From Phyllobates terribilis (taxonomy: Eukaryota), in assembly GCF_046119375.1 (NCBI RefSeq), contig NW_027362767.1, forward strand, positions 264,926,001-264,990,000: DNA of 64,000 bases, in the 5' to 3' direction. Position numbers and translations under genes: made by a program. Of this stretch, positions 57,029-64,000 are shown piece by piece (the first letter of the stretch is position 1; each line of letters opens with the position of its first letter). Under the pieces are notes generated by a model. The model was not told the DNA's origin, did not search any database, and worked only from the letters and a program-made list of their open reading frames with translations.

Positions 57029-57901
57029 TGTCTGCTTTGACTGGTGCCTCTCTGCCTCATGTGACCTGTCTCAGAGGCTCTTAAAAAGTCAGGAGCTGTA
57101 ATGCCCCAAGGTATAGGTTCCTCTAATCCATCGTACAGCTCTTTGAGATGTCCTGTTTCCTTAGTGACATCTCCAGTAATGATCTCATTATACCTCCAAG
57201 TGTGCGATTGTTGTGCCTTCAATTAAAAGACTGCAGGAAGTGATTACACCTTCTATATGAAAGGATTTCTTTCTATTGGGAAATATAATGATTTGATGCC
57301 TACCTGCCATGACTTTATGGATCACTTTACATCCTCCATGCTTCATACCTCCTCCACCCATATGCTACACAAAAACAAGCACAAACGTCCATCACAAATG
57401 TCCAAAATGAGACATTTTCCCATAAGCCGTTCCTCAAATCTCCACGCTAGATGGCTTTGCAAGTCTCAGGCATAGGTGGTTTCCCTTCTCCAAAGCTTTG
57501 AGGGTTTTTTTTCATCTTCTAGCCACTACCCACCCACTACAGGTTATCAAAGGTGGCCGGGCTCCTAGGCAAGGAGTACAGTGCTTGCAAGCTGGATCCA
57601 GGCAGCTTCAGTGCCCTGTGCTCCTCCGATGCTGCACAGGCAAAGTGTCCATGCTTGCAGCTTAAGAGAGCGCAGTTTGGGTTAGTCATAAAGATTGCGC
57701 CGGCCCCCAGTAAGCTGGAAAGTGGTCCTCTAATGAAGACCTAACATAAAACCCTTTTATACAGAACCCATCTTGATCCCTGCATCCCACAAAAGAGGGA
57801 ATATAGGTTTCGTTCGGGTGAGAAATTTGGTGGCTACACATCCACTTTAGACCTTCACAAAAGACATCTTATAAAGGATGCAAAGTGAACACACAGTGAT
57901 G

Positions 57902-59145
57902 TGTGGCGCCCCTGCGGGTTCAGTCGCCACAGAGGTACTGCATCTCACCCAGAGGTGTGGTATCCCACTCTCAGGTAAGGATAGAGTGCTGCCCGGGACC
58001 CTAACACCTGCATCCAACACGTCCACTTCAGTAGGGCAGGGCGAGATTGCTCCTAAGGGAGAGCACAGTCCCTGGCTGGAGTGGAGGGGAACCAAGTGAG
58101 GGAGAACCATGTAGTGGGTGTGGGTGGAGGACGTAGATCAGGGGAGCTCTTGAGAGTGAGTTGTATAAAAGAGGGAACCATCTTGTTTTAGGGAGAGCAG
58201 TCAGAGAAGCCAGTCAGAGGAGGAGAAGTGAAAGGAGCAGAGGCTCTGCAGGAGCTCTGCTCGGGAGGTGGGCCTAGCCCGAGAGGCCCAGGACTGAGAG
58301 AGGAGAGGGAGCAGGAGAAAGGCTCCAGGAACAGAAGGGATTCCAGGGGTACGGGAAGTGCTGGAGGCCACCCGTACGCCCAAATCTGCCAGGCGGTGGA
58401 GGGATCGAGCCGCAGAGGGGACCGGCCCCTAAACTAGTGGAGAACTACAAGGCTCAGCTAGGAACCAGAGGCTGCTGTACTTGTAAGGTGCCGTGATATC
58501 CGCAATTATATCGCTGAAAAGGTGGCCACAGAGGGTCCTGGGGACTGCAGGTCGCCCGATAAGACCCGAGGCTACCGGATTGGGACACTGATTGTGAGGC
58601 GCGGGGCAGGAGGGCGAGAGCCAGCGCAGGAAGATGACTGAGGAAGGCACATAAAAAGGGGTCCTGTCAGGCACTCTTGAATTACCTGAGGGATTGCTGA
58701 ACCCCTGCCCGGTGAACGCAGCACGACGTGGGAGGTTGTAGTCTGGAACCTGTAACCTGAGGAACTTAATAACTGTGAGTAAACTCGGAAGACTGCACCC
58801 CACTGTCTCTGTGATTATTGTCTGCGCCATCACCCCTGCACTACAACGCCCAGCACAATCTATAACATCTACACTGCCCTGGAGCTAAGCTCTACCTGTG
58901 GAGAGCCACACCAGCTTTGCTGCACTAACATCAGCTCCAGAGGACTGCTCCACAGCGGCGGCTCCCTTTAGCCGCATACCACAGGTGGCGTCACAAACTA
59001 TATATATAAAAACTATAATCCCCTGTAAATAAACCCCTTTTTGATTGACCGCCCTGGGTCACGGACCGGGTCACCGCCACTGTGACATCTCCCATAGCAA
59101 CGACCGGCCCGGCACCGAGTACCCCACGGCCCAGGGGGCGCGTCA
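57902..59145 (+). mobile_element. Solo LTR (~1.24 kb)
   Basis: TGTGGCGCCCC ... GGGGCGCGTCA ends; perfect 4-bp TSD GATG (57898-57901, 59146-59149); TATAAAA near 58164 and AATAAA near 59029 on the + strand. Confidence 0.85.
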
Positions 59146-59305
59146 GATGACAGTAGCACAGACTTCCAAGCGGTTTATAAAAAAAAACTATACGATGGTA
59201 ACCTTAGCCGGAAGAGCTGAGTGTATGGAGGTGAGGTACATGCAAATGGGCTGACCCTCGGGGGGATCCAAAGTAAATGGATTTTTAGACTGGGGACCTT
59301 GACAC

Positions 59306-62300
59306 TAGTGATGGGCGGGCACTAAAATGCACGGGTGGTTGTTGCTCAGGTCGAGCAAATTGGAATACTTGGGTGATCGACCCGAGCAACGAGCCCAATG
59401 TAAGTTTATGGGAAACTCGAGTATTTTTCCGGTGGCTCCCCCGGCGGTCTGCAGAGGGACTAGAAATTGCAGAAATCGATGGGAACAGTGCTCAAATGAC
59501 ATGGGAACAGCATTGGGAAGACCCCGAGAAGCATCTCTGACTCCCAGGTCACTGCTGTGAACAATGTTGTCAGAGTATTACGCCACTTTTACGGACTCAC
59601 AATAAAACATACAAAAACTAAACCAAAATGTAGTTTCCTGGGAAAAATGTTAAGGAGCATCCTTTGCAGGTTAATGACTTGTATATAAGGCAAAATAAAT
59701 AACCAAAAACAAAAATACTCCTCCACACCTTGGGCTATGTTCACACTTAGCGTTTTTGATGCGCTTTTGCATTGCTTTCAACCAAGACAAATGCATTCAC
59801 TGGGAAATGTCACTTTAACATTTTACAACCTTATCTGGCCATGTGGTGTGTGACACATCATCAGACACATCCTGTTTCATTTATGATGGAGGGACTCTGA
59901 AAGTCACAAAGCCTATTTTTATAGGACCAGCAGTCGGCCCTCGCTATTGCCAGAGAGCCATCAGCCGGCTATGCTTTGTTGTTCCCATTATTAACGAGTG
60001 GGTCTCCTATACTGTTATTGCGTATGCAGTGACCGCCAGGGCTGCCAAAAATTTGGACGCACGTAATCCAATACCCCTTTGAAGAGACATAGAGGAGGGC
60101 CTCAGTAAAAAAAATGTACCCATTATAAAGGAGCGGGTCTCCTGTAGTGGTAATGCCGATGCTGTGACTGCAAGGCCTGACAAAATTTAGGAAAAACCCC
60201 ATTACCAATTTAAAGACACATAGAGCAGGGCCACAGTAATGACATGTTCCTATTACAAAAGAGCAGTTCTGCTATACAGTTATAGGCTATGCAGTGAGTA
60301 CAACGGCTGCCAAAAATTTGGAGGCACTCCAATGCCCCATTGGAAGAGACGTAGAGGGCCTCATGAAAAAATGTTCCCATTATTAGGAAGTGGGTCTCCC
60401 ATAGTTGCCTATGCAGTGAATGCTAAAGCTGCCAAAATTTGGGAGGCACTCCAATGCCCCTTGGAAGAGACGTATAGAGGGCCTCATGAAAAAATGTTCC
60501 CATTATTAGGAAGTGGGTCTCCCATAGTGTTTGTCTATTCAGTGAAGCAACGGCTGCCAAAAATTTGGAGGAACTCCAATGCCCCTTGCAAGACACGTAG
60601 AGGAGGTGATATGGTAGATATGGTGGTGAATGATATGGTGATGGAGGATGAGGAGAAGGAGGAGGACAAGAGCAAATAGCCAAAATCAGGAAGCATATAC
60701 CCGTGTCTGGGTGTGAAGAGGTGCATGGGAATAGACCTCCCAAAAAAAGACACTGTATTTGAGTTTATGTTACGCTGCTATGATTCGGTCGTGTTGAGAA
60801 GTCTGGCCCAATACCCTTGATTTTTATGAGAGTCAACCTGTCAGCATTTTCAGTTGACAGGCGGATGCGCTTATCAGTTATAATTCCACCAGCGGCACTA
60901 AAAACCCGCTCGGATAAAACTCTGGCGGCAGGGCAGCCCAGGACCTCCAAGGCGTAGAGAGACAGTTTATGCCACTTGTCCAGCTTCGATACCCAATAAT
61001 TATAAGGCACAGAGGAATCACAGAGGACATTGGTACGGTCGGCAAGGTACTCCCTCACCATCTTCCCAAACTTTTCACTCCTTGTGAGAGTACCCTGCGC
61101 CTCAGGACCTGTAACATGGGAGGGTCTGAGAAAACTGTCCCAGAACTTTGACAGTGTTCCCCTGCCTCTGCTGGATTGGAGTTGTGTCTCTCTCGCCTGT
61201 ACTCCTTGGTTGTCCAACGAACTGTGACCTCTGCCGCCAGCGTTGTCAGATGGGAATTTTTTTAATAATTCCACAACAAGGGCTTTCTGGTACTGCCCCA
61301 TTTTAGTAGACCTGTCCACCTAGGGAATAAGAGATAGAAAGTTCTCTTGTAGCGTGGGTCTAGAAGTGTCACCAACCAGTAATGACTGTCACACAAAATT
61401 TTGAGAACGTGAAGGTCACGGGAAAGGCAGCGTAACATAAACTCAGCCATTCGTGCCAGAATGCTAACAGGCAAGACTTCCGTGTCCTCACCAAGAGGAC
61501 GACTGACCATGCTCTCCTCCTCCTCTTCCTCCCTGTACTCAGGCCACCCATGCTGAACAGACGGTGTGACAGTTGTGCAGGTAGTACCTTCTATAGCGCA
61601 TGAAACTAGCTCCTGTTCTTCCTCCTCCTCCTCTTCCTCATTGTCACCCAATCCACGTTGGGATGAGATGAGGCTGGGCTGTGTGTAATCACCCTGTATG
61701 GTTCCTTGCTCCATCTCATTGTGCGCCGCCTGCAATGCATCCTCTTTGATTGTGAGCAGAGAGCGTTTCAGAAGACAGAGAAGCGGGATGGTGACGCTAA
61801 TTATGGCGTCATCGCCGCTCACCATCTTGGTGGAGTCCTCAAAGTTTTGGAGGATGGTACAGATGTCTGACATCTATGTCCACTCCTGAGGTCTTATGTG
61901 TGGAGTCTGAACTGAATACCGACGGCCTTGTTGATGCTGGTAGTCAACAACTGCCCTCTTCTGCTCACAAATCCTTCCCAACATCTGCAGTGTAGAGTTC
62001 CAATGCGTGGGGACATCACACACCAGTCGGTGAGCCGGAAGCTGCAAACGCTGCTGAAACACGGCAAAGGCAGTCTGCTCTTTAGAGCTGTCCACAACTC
62101 TTCAGCATTGTGCGGTTTGTCACCTAAGTATATTAGCTTCAGCACAGCCTGTTGCTGCTTGGCTGAGGCAGTGCTTCCAGCTTGTGACTGATGTGATCAT
62201 TTTGGAGATGGAGGCTGAAGAGGCGGATGAGGTGCAGGCTCATTGACTGTGGGGGCAACCCTGATTGACCTAGGGCCCGCAATCCTCGGCGCCAGGAGGA

Positions 62301-64000
62301 TGTGTTCCGTCCCAAGGTCTGACTGGGTCCTGGCTTCCACTATACTAACCCAGTGTGTCGTCAGCGAGATGTACCGTCCCTGCCCACAAGCACTTGTACA
62401 TGGTTAGGTGGACTTTCCCAGTAACTGCATTATTGAGGGCATGGCTAATGTTGTGGGACGGCACACCGGATAATGCGGGGATGGCACACTGGGAGAAATA
62501 GTGGCTGCTGGGGACCGATTACCGAGGGGCGGTCGCCACCATCAGGTTGCGGAAAGCTTCTGTCTCCATGAGCCTAAAAGGCAACATTTCAAGCGCAAGC
62601 AGTTGCGAAATGTGTGAATTTAGTAGTGTGGCCTGTGGGACATTGGCTGCGTATTTGCTCTTGCGTTCCAAGGATTGGGGTAGGGACAACTGAACGCTGC
62701 GCTGGGACAAAGATGTGGACGTGCTTGCTAATGGTGCTAGTTGAGAGTATGCAACGACAGGTGCAGGGCAGGAGGCATCTTCGCATGCGCCATGGACAGG
62801 GGATTGGCTTGCATGCACAACAGTGGAAAAAGCAGCGGTGCCACCCGCAGACACTGTTCCTGGACCCTGGGGTTTGGCCTACTTAGTCGGGTGCTTTGCT
62901 GCCATGTGCCTGATCATGCTGGTGGTGGTCAGGCTGGTAGTTTTGCTACCCTTGCTAATGGTGGCCTGGCAGGTGGTGCAAATGGCCTTTTTGGGGTTAT
63001 CGGCAGAGTCTTTAAAAAACAACCAGACTCGGGAAGACCTAACAGTTGTACTGGCAACTTCCTTTGTGTTGGTGTTCCGGGGAACGGTTGCCTGCCTTCT
63101 GTCTGCAGCCACCACACTGCTTCTTCCTGCCTGTTGGGGTGCTCTGCCTCCCTCCCCCTGTGTGCTGCTGTCCTCGCTCTGCATGTCTTCCTGCCAGGTT
63201 GGGTCAGTTACTATATCATCCACCACCTCGTCTTCCACTTCTGCACCCTGGTTCTCCTCCTGACTTTCTGGCAATTGTGTCTCATCATCGCCCACCTCTT
63301 GTGACAGTTTCCCACTGTTGCCTTCTTGTGACTGTGGCTGCTCAAATATTTGGGCATCGCTACATGCGATCTCCTCTTGTCCCGCTTCAAGTGGACCGGG
63401 CGAGAGGCCCGAATCTATAAATGGAAAAGTGAACAGCTATTCAGAGTGTCCAAGTGTGGGATCAGTGGTCTCCGGGCACTCGGCATGGTGGGAGGAAGGA
63501 GGATCAGGGTGAGAAATATGCGGTCCAGACTCACAGCTACTGAGACATGACCGTGTGGAAGACAGAGTGGTGGTGGTGGTGGCTAAGTGACTGGAAGCAT
63601 TATCTGCTATCCAACCAATAAACTTTTTACACTGCTCTGTATTCAATAGTGGTGTTCTGCGGTCCCCTATTAATTGGGACAGGAAGGTCGAGCGAGAAGA
63701 TGTGGGTCTTTGTTGTTGCACAATTTCAGCTAGGCCTCGGCCTCGTCCTCTGCATGCACCATCATCACCATCACATCCACTTCCCTATCCCTTGCCACGC
63801 GCCTTGCCCATTTTAAATGGAGGACAATATTTTCCACGTTCACTACAAATGGCTGGATTTGAACCGCAGTGATATGTGATCCGTGTGACGGAAAAGCACA
63901 GTTTTAAATAGCTGGCCTGTAGGTAACTATTTTTAACAGCGCCGACCTCGTGTCAGTAAGTTCACTGACACACTGCAACAAAATGTAAGTGGAGGCCAGA
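59306..64000 (-). mobile_element. hAT-superfamily DNA transposon with a decayed BED-finger transposase; other end outside the window
   Basis: Terminus TAGTGATGGGCGGGCAC at 59306. Fragments at ~60765-63720: BED finger (VWLFF..AICTTC..SMIRHMAAKH), CDVPTHWNSTL, and dimerization domain (LSLYALEVLGCPAARVLSERVFSAAG). Multiple frameshifts; ~120-bp subterminal repeats at ~59990-60590. Confidence 0.92.

Noticed and set aside
60765-63721. hAT transposase as a domesticated ZBED-like gene
   Set aside because: It is broken into several frames, the first catalytic Asp region appears deleted (GKVHLTMYK), and it retains a transposon terminus.

Overview
Vertebrate genomic DNA, most likely a frog (inferred from the repeat landscape). 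Three spliced protein-coding genes lie on the minus strand and were reconstructed by hand from GT-AG junctions. They are MAN1B1 (coding exons 1-6, running off the left edge), a complete 9-exon UAP1L1 (499 aa), and a complete 11-exon, 525-aa DEG/ENaC-family channel gene. The channel gene is the main candidate for something undescribed. It looks like neither ENaC alpha/beta/gamma/delta nor an ASIC. It shares SCNN1-type intron phases, lacks the protease-regulated GRIP region and the PY motif, and occupies the position where SAPCD2 lies in human. Introns and intergenic DNA are dense with minisatellites (one built from copies of the UAP1L1 splice donor), Tc1 elements (one with an inverted duplication of its own flank), a Gmr1-type Gypsy element with nested insertions, solo LTRs, L1 and L2 fragments, MITEs and a degenerate hAT transposon. 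Statements about human genes come from memory and need database confirmation.
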